Position numbers and translations under genes: made by a program. Below, one piece after another: positions 13,951 through 30,185 of a stretch of 64,000 bases of DNA. Origin of the DNA: Octopus sinensis (taxonomy: Eukaryota); contig NC_043001.1 of the NCBI RefSeq assembly GCF_006345805.1, forward strand, positions 67,766,001 to 67,830,000, written 5' to 3'. Below the pieces are notes generated by a model. It was not told the origin of the DNA. It saw only the letters and a list, made by a program, of their open reading frames with translations, and searched no databases. Within the stretch, counting starts at the first letter, position 1. Each line of letters opens with the position of its first letter.

Positions 13951-15514
13951 GATGTATATTAGTGAGAAAAACCAATAAACTGGTATGTCAAATAAAATAT
14001 TTTGTGGTATTTAATCTGCCTAAATTACTCAGACTAGAAGTACAATGAACCAGCAATTGGTTGATTGGAAACTTAAATAACCAATGATAAAATTGTTTTC
14101 AAAGTGCATGATATAAATTGTTTCTAATTTCTAATTAAGATACAAGGCCAACAATCTAGAGGGCAAGGAGATAGTTAATACCATTATCCCCTGCACTCAA
14201 CAGGTACTTACATACCTTCAGGATGAAAGGTAAAACTGACCTTGGCAGGATTTGAGCTCAGAATGTTAAAGAGATGAAACAAAAACAGCAAGATATTTTG
14301 CCTGATACTCTTACAATTCTGCTAAACCACTGTTCTTGCATGATATAAAATAATAAAATACATTTTATCAAGTACTAAGCATATTTCTAACCTGTTTAAC
14401 ACAACTGAATCCAGAGGTAAACACTAACTTTGCATGTTGTTATATTTAGTGTCAAATTAAATGATCTCTGCATGATGTGCGTGCTGTCCTTTTGTTTTAT
14501 AATAGACTTAGTAGCGCTTCTTAATGAAACAGTAGGAATATTTGAATGTCAAATGAAACTTTGTAACTTACTTGCTGAAAGATGTTATTAAATGTAGAGG
14601 ATAAAAGAGACAGCAGTAACATTACTAGTGATTAACAGCATTTCATCTCACTTTTAGTCAGGTTTCAAAGTTTCTCTAGTCAAAGCGTGACAGACAAGCT
14701 TTCAACAGTATTTGTCAAGATGTGAATTTAATCTCTACAGCAATATTAGCTTCCATGACCTTCAATGGCTTTTTTTTTACAGCAGATTAACAAGTCTAAT
14801 CTTGGTTTAATATTAACCAATATCACTGACATTATAAGCATTCTCCCCACACCTTAAAATAGTGACTGTACATAATCAGATATATTCTTTGGAAAACTGT
14901 TTCATCATTTTAGACCAATGCCAACATCCCTTGCATCCAACATGCTTGTTGTGGAGATTGAAAACCCAAGCTTCAGAAGTTTTGTGTTTATATTATTACA
15001 CTGTAGGGTGTTAACTTTGAACAGAGAGATTCCATTTTGATGAGGATGAAGGCTGCAGGAATTAAAGTTGGTATTAGGTGACAGAAAGGAGGGGGCCTGG
15101 CAAATCAAAACAATAACTAGACGAACAAATAAACAAATAAAAAAAAAAAAACTTTTGTGGTGGCTCAAAACATTTACAGTTTAAAATGTAAATATATTTC
15201 AGGTACGAAAAGATGTCGGGTGAGTAGGTGGATGGATCATTGAATAAACACATACACACCCAACTTCATGATCACATACATAAACTCTCTCTCTCTCTCT
15301 CTGGCTATCCTACTCAGACTTTTGGAGATATATTTAAAAAGTGATTGTAAGCTATTTCTTCAGATATAATTTAAGATTAAGAGAAAATTCTGTTCATTTC
15401 TTATCTGGATTTAGCTTGATAGGATCTGCTTCTTGTTGCAACATGAAGAAAAGTTTACCCTATATCTGACACAGTTAAGCAGATCTTTCCAGTTGTGGCC
15501 ATCTTGTCTTTTTA

Positions 15515-16790
15515 TATGAGGTCTGTCCATGGAGAAATTGAAACTTTAAAAAAAAATGTCCAAATCCAGCTGGAACAGGGTTCTTGTGACAGTAGTGTTG
15601 TGTATGGGCAACCTTGACTTTCAGTTTAATCAAAACCACGAAGCCTCAAGTGTTAAAATGAATGTATGCTTAGTGCATTCGGTGATTTGCTGCAAATAGA
15701 ACAATGAAGGATTTGGTAGAGTAATAAGTTTGTGTGAAATTCTGTTTCAAACCAAGAAAAACTGTTATGGAATCTTTTCTGATATTGCAACAGCTCTGTT
15801 GAAAGAGTTGTGTGCAATGTCACAAGTAGTGCTTAAATGTCAAATTAGGAAGAACCTCCAAATCTGAACAATGTTCCACGACAACAGATGATGCTTACAT
15901 TGAGAAAGTGTGCTGTGAACTGAGAAAATTGAGAAAGTGTGTTGTAAATTGTGAAAGATCATTGCCCAATTGTCTCTGAAGTTTCTGAAGAAATAAGCAA
16001 GTATCAATAAAAATTTATGCAACATGATTCTAAAAGAGAAATTGAAGATGCACAAAATTTGTGAAGACCAAATTACTGCCTGGCAGTGACTGATCTTTTG
16101 AACGTTGATGTAAATTTTCTAAGAAGTATCATGATAGATGATGGAATGTTGGTGTATGGTTGTGATATTGAAACAAAAAAGGCAGATAACACTGTGGATC
16201 ATCATCATTTAACGCCTGTTATCTGTGCTGGCATGGATTGTATGGTTTCACTAGGACTGGCAAGCTGGAAGGTTGTACCAGATTCCAATCTAATTTGGTG
16301 TGGTTTCAATGACTAGATGCCCTTTCTAATGCCAACCACTCCGAGAATGTAATGGGTGCTTTTATGTGCCACCAGCACAGGTGCTACTTGTGTGACACCA
16401 ATATCTGTCATGACTGCGATTTTACTTGGCTTGATGTGTCTTCTTAGCAAGCACGGCATAATGCCAAAGGTCTTGGATAATTATTGCCACAACCATAAAA
16501 AAAAGAAAGTACACCAGTTGCTTTAATGTGAAAGCAATGTTGATTGCCTTTTTTAATTGGAAGGGCAACATTCATTGCAAGTTTGTTTCATATGGTCAAA
16601 TGATTGATAAAGTATTTTGTTGGATGTCTTGAAATGTGTGGAAAAGGATGTGTGAAAGACACCTGAGGATTGAGTTAACAAAGCCTGGATGTTACACCAT
16701 GACAATACATCTGTTCATGTGTCATTCCTTATCTTTGATTATTCGGAAGAGAATGAAGTGTCTCTTGCCACACAGCCACTCCATTTGAAA
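15515..16790 (+). mobile_element. Decayed mariner (DD34D) transposase, interrupted by a SINE at about 16215-16480
   Basis: Remnants of the HTH (V.VKFCFK..KT), IMIDDGMLVYGCDIETK (compare ITGDETWVYGYDVETK), VKAMLIAFFNWKG and WMLHHDN. TA-flanked TIR-like start tatgaggtctgtcc near 15515. Confidence 0.7.
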
Positions 16791-19189
16791 AGAATTAAGC
16801 ACCATCTGATGCAAACACAACCAAAACAGAAAAAAACCCCCCTAAAACTGTTGGAGTGATGGTGTGTCAACAGAGGAAGGTAACAGTCTTGAAGGAAACA
16901 AACCTGACTAAATTGTAATTAATGCAATAACAGTTTTTCGTTTTGAAAAGACTTCATATTCAGCTTACTTCTTGTTTTAAGATTGTACTGTGTGATATGA
17001 GAGAATCTGATCATTATTCCTGGTATGTGAACAACCAGAGAGGTTCTTTGTTGGTTCAACCAAAGAAAGATGCAATAGAGAGGTAAATTTTTAATGTTTT
17101 TGTCAAGAGGGAATGTAGGGCTTATGACCCTTTATTGTACCTCTGAGATTTGTAGGAGAGTGCAATCCTCAAACTAGAACACTAGCCCTAATACTTGCAA
17201 CAGAGTGGATCCTGCAAGACACCCAAGGAACTAGGTGGTGTTATAGTAAGATTTGAACTCAGAATGCAAAGAGCTGGAACAAGTACTACATAGCATCTTG
17301 TCTTACATTATTACAGTTCTACCAATCCACCACCTAGGAACTGTTTTTTTGCAGCAGCACTAAAAGGATGAGAAGAAAAGCTGATATCAGTGGGATTTGA
17401 ACTCAGAGCATAGACAGGCAGAACAAATATCATGAAGTATCCTATCTGATGTTCTAATGACTCCACAAATTCATTATGTTGTTTGTGTTGAATCAACACC
17501 AAAATAGAAGGCCAGAAGACAGAATCATTTTAAACTGCTATGACTGCTGAATACAAAATATTGCCCCTTGCCTCTTCAAAGCCCCTGCTGGAATCTTTAC
17601 TAAATGTAATTCAACAATTAACTATACCTTGTTCATAATTCCAAAGGTGAAGTATAATTTTTGTTTACCATTATTTTAATGTCTACTTCTCCATTCTTGC
17701 ATGGATGAGACAAAACTTTGTTAAGACAATATTTCCTATGGCTTGATGCCCTTCTTGACATTCGGGTTTGATCCACCTGCATGATACATTGAGTAAGTAA
17801 ATGTCTCCTACCACAGACTCAGGCTAACCCAAGCCTTGTGAGTAAAATTCAGTCAGACAGACTGCATCTGTGTTTGGATGGTAGACTGAATGTGCCTCTT
17901 GGCTTTTCACACCACCTCCTTGTTCCTGTATGTCTTTAGCTGAGTCCACTCTTTTGCAAGATAACTATATCTTGATGTGCTGCATCCTCCCCCAGTCTCT
18001 CTAGATAAGGCTGTTGTCTTTTCTTCTTTTGACTAAGTCACAAAAAAAAAGAAAAGAAAAGATATAACTATAATTAAAACCAACAAATCTACAACCTGTT
18101 TGGAATTGCTCAAAACCTTTTTACTCTACAGCATGAATATCACAACATTCCATCTCCATTCCTTTATTGTTGATCTGCCAAGCCTTCGTACTTATGTAAT
18201 AATCAACTCTCTGAAAGGAGTGGGTGTGTCATAAAATAAGTACCAGTATGACACTAGGGAAGGGAGAAAAAAAAAACATTTTATTTCTTGAGTGTTACCT
18301 GCTATATGACAGGTAACTTTGCATGTATAAATTTGCCATCATGGGAAACATAAGAAACTATGGTATACATGCAATAATTATAATTTAACTTTTATCAAAT
18401 TTCCAGGTGCATATACAAGACTATGAAATAAAAACTAATTTTTGAAAGAAAGATATTTATTACCTTAGAATAAAATTAAAATAAATTTCTCATTTGTATA
18501 CTTGCAATAAATATACAGTATTATTTTTCTAAATTTTATAAACATAATTGCAATGTACTCCAAGAACCTATCTCTGCAAATTTTCATAAAAAAAAAATAT
18601 TTTTCAGAAAAGCATCATTGCCTGCCACCAAGTCTCATATGTGCATTCACCCTGCACCTCTTATGCTAATTCTGTATTTCTTTTTTTACTCTCTCCACTG
18701 GAGCAATCAACCAACTAACATCTATTACTATTATATTAATAGATCATGACATAATGATCTTGAGACTCATTCTTAACACATTCTTAGTAACATTCATGAA
18801 TTCCTTCTCCAGAACCTCCAAAACTGCAGCTCAGGCACAGTAAACCATTTTAACCTGACATATCAAAACGTTAATTTCTTTAATAATCTTGGCACTTGGG
18901 TGAAATGTGTATATGTATTTTAGTTTTAGGTAAATGTTTATAGATAAACCTTTTATAACATGGTACTGCAGGGAAACTTTTTCTTTCAAAGACCATGGTG
19001 TGCAACTATAGAACCCATGTTTGGTCACAGGCATGTCATTACTGCTGTTGGGACCAGGTTTGTGAAATTTTGTTTTGTACACATCAGTTACTAGACATAT
19101 TGATTTGTACATGTATGTGTATACATACCATGTAGAGACTCCTTCAGATTAATTTGTGTTGAAGAGATATTCTTGAATTTTATAATTCC

Positions 19190-19975
19190 AGATGTGGAAG
19201 CAAAACCTAGAGTTGATAGACCTCCAAGTAAACTTAAAGACTAAAGTATTAAGTAAGACACAACTCTGTAACAGTCAGGGAAATGGCTTTGCTCTCTGTG
19301 CAGAGAGGGAGCAGACAAAAACTCCATTCAGTGTACTCTGTGTAAACTATGGATATAGTGGAAATAGAGGCAGCCGATTAGGGAGGGTAAACTTTACATG
19401 TGGCAGATGTTTAGAGGCAATAAATACAAGAAACACATGTCAAAAAGATTCTCTCAAATGCTTTGATGTTTCCCTAAAAGTAGCTAATAACTTCTGTTAT
19501 CTAGGGGACCTAATTATCAGTGAGCATAAGAATAGACTGGAAGAAGTTCAGACAACTATTACCTCTATAGCTAAAAAAGAAAATAAAAGATTTCCCTTTC
19601 AGTGTGAAGAGGTGGCTGTATGATGCCTCTATATGAAATGCAATGATGCATGGTAGTGGGACATAGGGTAGAGAGAAATGGAACCAACATGTTTTGCTGG
19701 ATAACACAAGTCTGCATGAATGATGGAATATAAGCTGTGCATAAGAGGAATTAAATGTTGTGTGCCAGAGAGAAAAGACAGTGCTGATACAGGCATGTAA
19801 TGCATATGTATGACAGCTATAGGAAGAGATGCAGGAGCTAAAGTGAATAGAACCTGAGGAAGAAGAAGAACCAAGAAAACATGGGATGAAATGGTGAAAA
19901 CTGATCTCAAGATATTGGACCTCAGGGAAGAAATGACAGGAAATCATGATGATTGGTGACATGCAATGCTAGAAA
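19190..19975 (+). mobile_element. Decayed RTE-clade LINE, C-terminal RT region with Cys-rich (PHD-like) insert
   Basis: LQVNLKTKVL, CGRC, NNFCYLGDLI and, in shifted frames, LYDA, GSGT.RVE, GRRRTKKTWDEMV. Multiple frameshifts. Confidence 0.7.
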
Positions 19976-21179
19976 CAAATATTGAAATGTTGGGAGTGAT
20001 AGAAGCTGGGTGTTCTAATATAAATTTATATTTGGACTTCTTGCCCAATAAACCCCAATTGAAACCATATCTGCTGCCTACCCTCCCTCTTGATATTCAC
20101 TGTATCATGCTGTCATCATTATTAACATTTAATGTGTTTTCCATACTGACATGGGTTGGGTGGTTTGACAGGAACTGGCAAGGCCAGAGGAGGCAACAAG
20201 TTCCATAGTTTGTTTTGGTTTGGTTTCTATGGCTGAGTGCCTTTCTATTGCCAACCACTTTACAAAGTGTACTAGGTGCTTTTTACATGGCACCAATACA
20301 TTTTATGTGGAACCTTGGTTTTTGGCTGTAAGGACATGCCTGACACTACATCTCTTCTCATTGTCCCATACCACTTGTATAACAAGGAATGGCACTGAAC
20401 ATACCTGTACTCATCCCCACTCCCACTATCAGTGCATCCAGCTGTTGCCCTTCTCTACTAACAGTCAACATTCTTTTTCTGTCTCTCACTACTTTCCCAC
20501 TCCTTACCCATAATGTTGTCTCTACCATCATACTCTTGTTCCTTTTACCCCAAACCATCCTGCCTCTCTTTTGTCATCACCAGCTACCACTAAACCTCTT
20601 CAAAAAAAACTGAAGATAACCAAAATGTGGTTCCAGTGCTATCAGAATTAAAGGAATTACATAACATTTCTGTAATTCTTCAGAGTTGCAAGTGTTGCAT
20701 AAACAATTTCTTTACAACTGATAACCAGAAGGGTTTTTATAATTTGATAAAGAAAAACATTTAAAAAATTAAAATAACATTAATAAATTAGTAATAAGGA
20801 AAATATTATTGATGTCATTTATAGAATGCGAGGGTGTGGACTACTGTAAATGACAAGGAAACGTATTTTACTGGGATATAGACTAAAATGAAGATAAGAT
20901 ACATATAAGGAAATATAGGTTCCTAATTTATTATATTTCTTTATAGGTGCAGGCATGGCTATGATTAAGAAGCTTGCTTTGCAACCATATAGTTTCAGGT
21001 TCAGTCCCACAGAGCAGCACACCTTGGGTAAGTCTCTTCTATTATAACCCCAAGCTGACCAATGCCTTGTCAATGAATTTGATAGATGAATGTGTGTGTC
21101 TTTAAGCCAGAGATTTGATAGCTGGGTGTGTGTCTTTGAATCAACAATTAACTCCTGTACCCAAAATTTTAGGCTTTAT

Positions 21180-21400
21180 GCCTGTAGCAGAATCGTTAGC
21201 ACACCAGACAAAATTACTTAGAAGTATTTCTTCTGGTTTTACATTCTGAGTTCAAATTCTGCAGTGGTCAATTTTTCCTTTCATCTTTTTGAGGTTGATA
21301 AAATAAGCATCAGTTGAACACTAAGGCCAAGGTATTTGACTTAGCCCCCACCTGCCAAAATTTCAGACCTTATGCTTGTAGCAGAAAAAAGAATATCATT
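21180..21400 (+). mobile_element. tRNA-derived SINE family B (sense on +)
   Basis: gcagaatcgttagcac…gagttcaaattc (B-box)…cctttcatc…gataaaataag. Reverse-orientation copies lie near 6150, 6640, 14140, 48445, 49040, 55205, 58457, 60057 and 60368. Confidence 0.8.
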
Positions 21401-23684
21401 ATCATTGCAGTTCTCTCCAGTTTTGATGATCTGAGGTATCCATGTCATGTCTCAGCTCCTTCCAACAATTTAGAGATGCAGTCTTTTCATCAACACATGC
21501 ACTGTTCTGAGTATGTCCACCAACTATGTACTTTCAATGATGTATGGCAATTCCAGCTTCTCATGCAAGGTCATGTGTTCTTTGAGATGGTTCTGAGTAC
21601 ACTAATCACAATGGGTATCATAATCACCTTTGCGGTTGTAGGAAGGGAATCATTATTAAGAATGATGAAGTGTTGAATGAGGAGGTTATGAGGGTGATGG
21701 GTGTTTCAGGACTGTTTAACTCTAGGTCAACATTGGTTGGTAAGTTATTGAGCAAGTGAAATTGCTGAGCAGGTGATGGACAGTGGGTGGAGTGTGGAGT
21801 TAGTGGGTACTTTTTACTTTCTTGAACATTGTAAGTGCAGGCATGGGAGTTTGGTTTAAGAACCTTGCTTCTCAGCCATGTGATTTTAGGTTCAGTCACA
21901 TTGTGCAGTACCTTGGCAATTGTCTTCTACATTAGCCCCAGGATAACCAATGCCTTGTGAATGAATTTGGTACATAGAAACCTGTAGAAAGCTTGTCATA
22001 AATGTATGTGGGTGTGGATGGTATTCTCTCTTATTTTCTCTGATAGCAAATTGTCCAGTGGCACTGTTTTCAAAGGCAAATGGAATGAAAAACCCCTTAC
22101 TTAAAATAAGGGCAAATGATATGGGCATCATGCTGTAGAAACAATGCCTCAGCAATATGTATTCATCTAACTCATGCCAGCATAGAAAAACAGATGTAAA
22201 ACAAACTGAATAATTTCAAGTAAGAATGAAAATTCTAGCTGCTGTAACATTTGCTCATTATTGGTGCAGTTATAATGGCTGATCATCATCATCATTATCA
22301 TCAACACTTTCATCATGTAATGTCACTGTTCTGTGTTGATATGGGTTGGACGGTTTGACAGGACTCAATGTGTCTGAAGACTGCATCGTGTGGCAATGTC
22401 TGCTTTGACATAGCTTCTATGGCTAGATTCCCTTCCTAACACCGACCACTTAACTGATATACCGAGTGCTTGCTTTTTTCATGGCACCAGCACTAGTGAG
22501 GTCATCATGCAGCCTGCAAGATTTAACTCCCCTTCAACTGAGAGAGGTTAAAGTGAGAGACAAGAGGGACAGAAAAGAATAGATTTCTTACTGTAGTGGA
22601 ACTTAATAAAGGCTACTGGGAATGGTCAGGATGGAAACAAAAAGAGATAAAATAGTGGTGATGCAGTGTGAAGGTAGATTCACAAGCTACAATCTTTGGT
22701 TTGGTACCTTAGCAATCCAAGTTAATTCAAATATTGTTGGAATTTAGTCAAAGAAATACAATAACATGGCATAGATAGATTGAAATGTCAATAAAATTGA
22801 ATCTTAACAGAATTGACAGAAAATTATTGTAGAGGTTAGCAGAAGGTGTTGACGGGGGGGGGGGGGTTTAAATAAGTATGTTCACACCTTAGTTTCAGTA
22901 TTCCAGAGCCCTACAGAAATTATTTCTTTGGTACTATTCATTCCCACTGTATTTTACACCCTACACTGCTAATGCTTGAAATGGAATGAAACAGATTTGG
23001 TGGAGTTTGAATACAGTCATGTGAGGTGAGAAAGAAGGGAATGAAGATATTAGTGAATAAATAACATATTCAGAGTTAGACATCACAGAATGGAATAATT
23101 ATGTTTACTTAAGGATAAACAACTTCTTACTTAGATTAAAGGATGTTAAAGGAAAATAGAATTGTTTCCACCATACTTGAGACGACCTTCACTTCTAAAG
23201 GATACAACTTTCAAAATGTCTTTATCCAATTTAAGACCTTTGCTAATAATTTTATGAAAGAATCTTCTGTAAATTTATATTCCAATCACATCAAGAAAGC
23301 TAATTATTTTAGGAAATCCCTCCAAATTCTTTATCATTTTCAAAATAAATTGACACACAATGTAAAATGCATACCTGTTGTCCAATTACATCCTCCTTGT
23401 ATATGAGTCACCTGTGCCAATATTAAAAGAGGTTTCGCATTTGGAAGAAAAATCTTTATGAGGAATATACAAGAGGTTGCTCAACCTATTGGAAACAAGA
23501 AACAAATTTCCCTCAAATCACACAATATTGCTTTTGTAATACACATGGATCAGTAGGTTGGAAAATGCAGTTTTGGTTCCACTATTTCCAGGAAAAAAGA
23601 CAGCATAGTCATAGTGTCTTTAACCCTAGTCTGCTTGGACAGGGCTAAACAACATCATTATGATGTTTTGCTCGATAAAATTAA

Positions 23685-23725
<41 letters not shown>

Positions 23726-23939
23726 CCATATGTATGTGTGTTTTAGCTATCATTCACAAGCCAGTATGACCGGATAGTTCACCCTCGACCCAGTGGAACA
23801 TATCGAGAATGAGACAACTGCAGGTATATGCCTGTCGTTAAAAGGGTGCACTGCACGGCACTGATCCCTTACCATTCAATGGTGCACCCTCAGATTTACA
23901 GTGATACACTTACCTCGAAACTCCACTTTAGCATTATTA

Positions 23940-24170
23940 TAAATTAGTGTCCACCCAGAATATTCTGAAGCACCCCCAGGCACGGAAGTCTAGTGACGGG
24001 CCTGAGCGGGTGGAGGCTGCGCCAGCACTAGGCTTGCACTCCTTTCAGCAGAGTAGAATAACGTGAAATGGCGCGCCTTACTCAAGGATACAATGCACCG
24101 CCCAGTCCATGAATCGAACTGATAACCTTACGATCGCGATGCCAACACCTTAACCACTAGGCCACGCGCC
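23940..24170 (-). mobile_element. tRNA-derived SINE family D (CORE-like central motif)
   Basis: Minus strand GGCGCGTGGCCTAGTGGTTAAGG (A-box)…AGTTCGATTC (B-box)…GTATCCTTGAGTAAGGC. A headless body of the same family lies at about 47940-48192. Confidence 0.75.
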
Positions 24171-25529
24171 CAATTAAGTGTACATAAACCAGTGTATTTA
24201 CACCCTCGTAAATGCATACAAAAGTAAGTCTATACAATACATGTATTTTTATGACCTACCCGTCTTCAGATATAGTGCTTGTCCAACGTGTCCTTCCTTT
24301 TTCTTTAAACGATAAGAATATTATTTGAGGGATATTTAGTTATTTCATAACAGGTCATGTGACTATATACCGGTTTCCCGCGATTAAAGAGGTAAACGAC
24401 TTACTTGTGTCTCGTTAGATATTTTACTTTAGGCACATATAATGCACTTTATACATGCATGTAACTCGCGTGTGTATATACATAAGATGAAATGTGTGTG
24501 TAAATAACATTATATATGGATACAACCCTCCCTTAGCCCGATACTAATAGGCCCACTCTCACATCAATGGACACAAACTAGGAATTAACTGTCCTTCATG
24601 AGTGTGTTTGCTGTGTGTATGTTACACACACAGTAAACATACATACAAGCATATAAAACTAGATGCATACAACACATGCATGCATGTATCTACGTTATGT
24701 ATTCTGATTATCTGAAATTACGCCAGACACAATGAAGACCTAACACACAGCTGGTAGTATTAACTGATACGTTAACATTTTAACATGCAATTTCTAAACT
24801 AGTTGCGTGAGGAAACACCCACGCAACAGAAAAATCATTGTTATTATTATCATTGACGTTATCAAATTGATTGTTATGGTAGCTCAATGTTGATTTAATT
24901 GAAGAAGCCGGTTAGTTATCAGTCTGATAACATCAATAAAGGTTATCGAGTACATATTTAGCCGGCCACAGATAAACACAATAAGAAGTACATCTATTTA
25001 CAGACACATTTATGTAATAATTATATACACAAAGTTCTTATATGGTCGCATAACCAGCTAGAAATAACAGCCAAATCTTATTCAAGGATTACACTGGATA
25101 ATTGTAGTTCTCGTCATACTATGTTTAATGAAAAGCGGGATGATAATCTTTGGAACGGCCTGCTTGATCAGGACCGGCTATACCTTAAAGGATAAAAAAA
25201 AACCCGGATCGAAAGATATCTTCTAAGTGGTCTCTACATTTGCTAGAAAGCGCAGCCACATGTACTCAAAACCGCGAGTCTGCTGTTTAAGAAAAGGTCA
25301 GTGGATAATGTGTTTATGGGTGCACAGTGCTCGAGGATAGGACGGGATACGTTGAATCGCCTATTAATCTAACAATATATATCAATGTATCCTTAGGATT
25401 TGTGTATATACTCATATATTTACACACGCACGCATTTTTATTGTATATAGCTCATATATATCTCATACGTTCACAGCAGACAGAAGGTAATGGCATGAAG
25501 ATTACTGGAAACAGGAACAATATTTGACT

Positions 25530-25835
25530 GATCCACATATATGTTTTACCGGTGAGTGTATTCAGGTTTTCGTAGCCCGCACTACAAGGCTATGTTGTAG
25601 CATCGTCTTCAAAGTTGTATGTTCTATACACATACGTGTGTGTGTATAAATGCATATACCCCCCTCCCCACATATCTGTAGGCGGATACGGTGATTATAT
25701 ACCATGGCTTTCCTTAATGGGAAATACAGAAATATGTGTACGTACGTAATGTATGTACAACGTACAACGGTGAAGGCGGTGCTCCGACATGGCCTTGTAC
25801 ACATTGATCACCGGTAAAATATCGATTCATGGATC
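25530..25835. mobile_element. Possible old MITE (about 300 bp)
   Basis: TTTTACCGGTGA at 25544-25555 and TCACCGGTAAAA at 25808-25819, with GATCCA/TGGATC at the outer ends. Confidence 0.4.
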
Positions 25836-27006
25836 ACATGTAGGTAAAAGGTTCGAAAACTCCACCGAATACCAACTTGGATCTGCATTATTGTTACCTT
25901 TGGAAGTAATCTGACGAATTGGGTTCGTATCACTGTTAGGACTGCTGTTGGGAAACCTCGATCCCCTTGTTTATCAAGAAAAACGACAAGTGATCACATG
26001 GTTAATCCGAGAAGCGATTGTATCATCGATAATCTTGTTTTAAAAAATCTCATTTACCTTCCTCATCTTTTAAGGACCGACATGAAATAAAAGAATGAGA
26101 TTGTATGTATGTGTGTATATACAAGCTATCACTATTATGTGTTATTAAAATGATACATACAAGTGTGTATACAGGTAAATTAATGTTTGAAATTAAATAT
26201 TAGATATAGGGGTACATATGTATACAATACATAGGATACCTTGAATGAAATAGTATTGAAAGTTCCAGTATTGACTTGGCTTTCTCTGATGGCCAAAGTA
26301 AACCTAAAGAACTAAAATATAATTTAAGGCTGCATTAATTGATAAAAAAATAAAAACGTTGAGCAGAATCATATTCTTGATGGGTTGAATTAAAATTGTT
26401 TGACGCTGGAAACAATCCAACATTCACGTGAAAACATTTTTTGTCTTTAACAAACATTCTCTCGGTAAATTTATTTTCAAGAGAAAGAATTTGCTTAATA
26501 ATATTTCAGAAAGATGGCAAGGAAGAAAAAGACGTGGAATTTATGTTGTTTGGGTGTTATCAATGTTTAAGGAATATTTATAGAAATAACGGAAATGGAG
26601 TTTGGCCAAGATGAAGCTTTCAAGATTTCTGAAACTAAACATAAACCAACAAATAACAATATACAACACACACACACACATATGTATGTACGTGTGTGTA
26701 TATAAACGTATTTTGGGGTGAATGAAAATATTATCAATAGTTGAAATTAGAAAATTATGATTATCATGTGCCTATCTATCTATCTATCTATCTATCCATC
26801 CGCACGCACAATCACATAATATATATACACATACAGGAAATGAAACGTGTACACGTCTTCGCATTTGCTATTTTTTCTTTTAGCCCATGTTAAGTAGGAG
26901 GAATTAAAATCAAAACAAAACCAGCAAACAGTAATTCTTCTATGATAAAGTTAAGACCAAGTCTGCAAAAGTTTAACCAAATATACAGTGTGCGCGCGTG
27001 TATGTA

Positions 27007-27051
<45 letters not shown>

Positions 27052-27793
27052 CACACACACAATTAGGAGACAATTAAGAACAGTTACGTCACTTGTTGGC
27101 ACCAGTCATATCAAATAAACCCCCCAAGACTTAAATATATAACCGACACTACTTTATAGAAATATGTTAAAACATATTACAACATTCTAGACATTAGTGT
27201 GTCGTCTGTGAATTTACAACAAGCACCTTGATACATAACTACCTTCCACTCTCATGTATAAAGATTATTATTATAAATAATATCAATGTTTGGTCATAAG
27301 ATAAGCGTAAAACATAAAATCTGAATAATTGATGTTAAGTCACTTGACGGTTATGGCTTAGTTGTATAAGAATAGATTTTAAAAACCCCAGACGTAATTG
27401 AATACATAATACAAGTGTGTGTATGTCTATTGACACACACATGTATGTGTGTATGTATGTGTACAAAGTATAAAACATGAGGACAAAAAAAAAAGTCGTC
27501 GTAGTAATAATTACACGCAACACTTACGTGTTTATATATATATATAAATGTATGTGTGTGTGAGTGTACATGCTGCTAGATACTGAAGTTGCTTTTCTTT
27601 TAGCGGCTTGTGTCTGTCTGTGTGTATGTATGTATGTATATATATATATTATATATATATATATTGAAAGCTTCATTGTATACGCAGTAGAAGTTGATTT
27701 GTATGTGGAATATGTAAGTTTATAAAATATATATATATATATCGCTATATAACACACGAGAGTGGATATTTCTTCTTTGCTTATCATCAATCA

Positions 27794-28650
<857 letters not shown>

Positions 28651-28786
28651 TGGGGGGTGGTAGCCATTTCAAGATAAGACGGTCACTTTTAATGTACTTG
28701 AGAGTTCTGACTAGTTTTGCTACATCGCTCACATTTACCCAAAGTAATTGTATTCACATCGTTAATATAAACACAGTGTGTGTATG

Positions 28787-28789
<3 letters not shown>

Positions 28790-28835
<46 letters not shown>

Positions 28836-28893
28836 ATATATATATATTATATATATATATGTATGTATATATATATATGTAATATATTATATA

Positions 28894-28926
<33 letters not shown>

Positions 28927-29103
28927 ATATATATATTATATATTATATTATATAATATTATATATATATATATATTATATATATATTATATATTATATAT
29001 ATATATATTATATATTATATATATATAATATATATATATATTATAATATATATATATATTATATATATAATATATAGATATATTATATATATATTATATA
29101 TAT

Positions 29104-29145
<42 letters not shown>
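28790..29145. repeat. Compound (TA)n microsatellite upstream of SIK
   Basis: About 350 bp of interrupted TA repeat. (TATC)n at 29550-29641 and (TA)n at 29960-30042 are nearby. Confidence 0.95.
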
Positions 29146-29547
29146 TATATATCACTATATGTGTGTGTGTGTCTGTATGCACATGTATGTATCTGTGTGT
29201 ATGTATGACGTATCTGCGTGTGTGAGAGAAAGAAACTGAGAGAGAGAGAGAGAGACTCTTTAATCACATCATTCATAAACAGCGTAGATACGTAATCATA
29301 CATTACGGATATAAACAACACATATACAATCATATATCGCTTATATGAACACAATGTGTGTGTGTGTAAATTAATTTGTATCCAATTTTTCTAACACGAT
29401 AATATATATATATATATATATATATAGTCATACCTCATGTATACACAGTGTATATATGCAGTTATACATAACTGATATAAACACGTTCATATGTAATCAT
29501 ACATCGATTAATATAAACACATTGTACGTATTACCGATATATGGTTT

Positions 29548-29643
<96 letters not shown>

Positions 29644-29955
29644 ACTAGAGGGGAAGAGAGAGATAGATGAAGAAAGAGACAGAGTGGGGAGACAAACAAT
29701 TATATATTGCTAATATAAACATAGTGTATAGTTGTAATGATACATCACTGTTATAAACACTTATTCATGTAATCATGCATACATCGCTGATATAAATAGC
29801 ATATGTAATCTCGCTTTTAACATACTCGGAGTTTAGACTAACTTCAGCCATAACGTTGTATTATACACAATATGTGTAACCACACATGACTACGGGTTTT
29901 GGTGAAGCTCATGACCCGCACGTATACATACATGATATATACAGCCATATACCAC

Positions 29956-30034
<79 letters not shown>

Positions 30035-30185
30035 ATATATATAAATGTTTAAGTAGTTGAATGAATTATCCTAGTATGGATAATTCGGTTAACCGATACC
30101 CGGGTAGCAAATTTACGTCAGAAAGCACGGTTGAAACTACATGCCAAGGGCAGAAATCACGTGGTTTCGTGTGGAAATTTGTGTC

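Noticed and set aside
24100-24170. tRNA-like sequence with A and B boxes
   Set aside because: It does not close an acceptor stem and continues into a SINE body. It is a SINE head, as are the other A/B-box hits.
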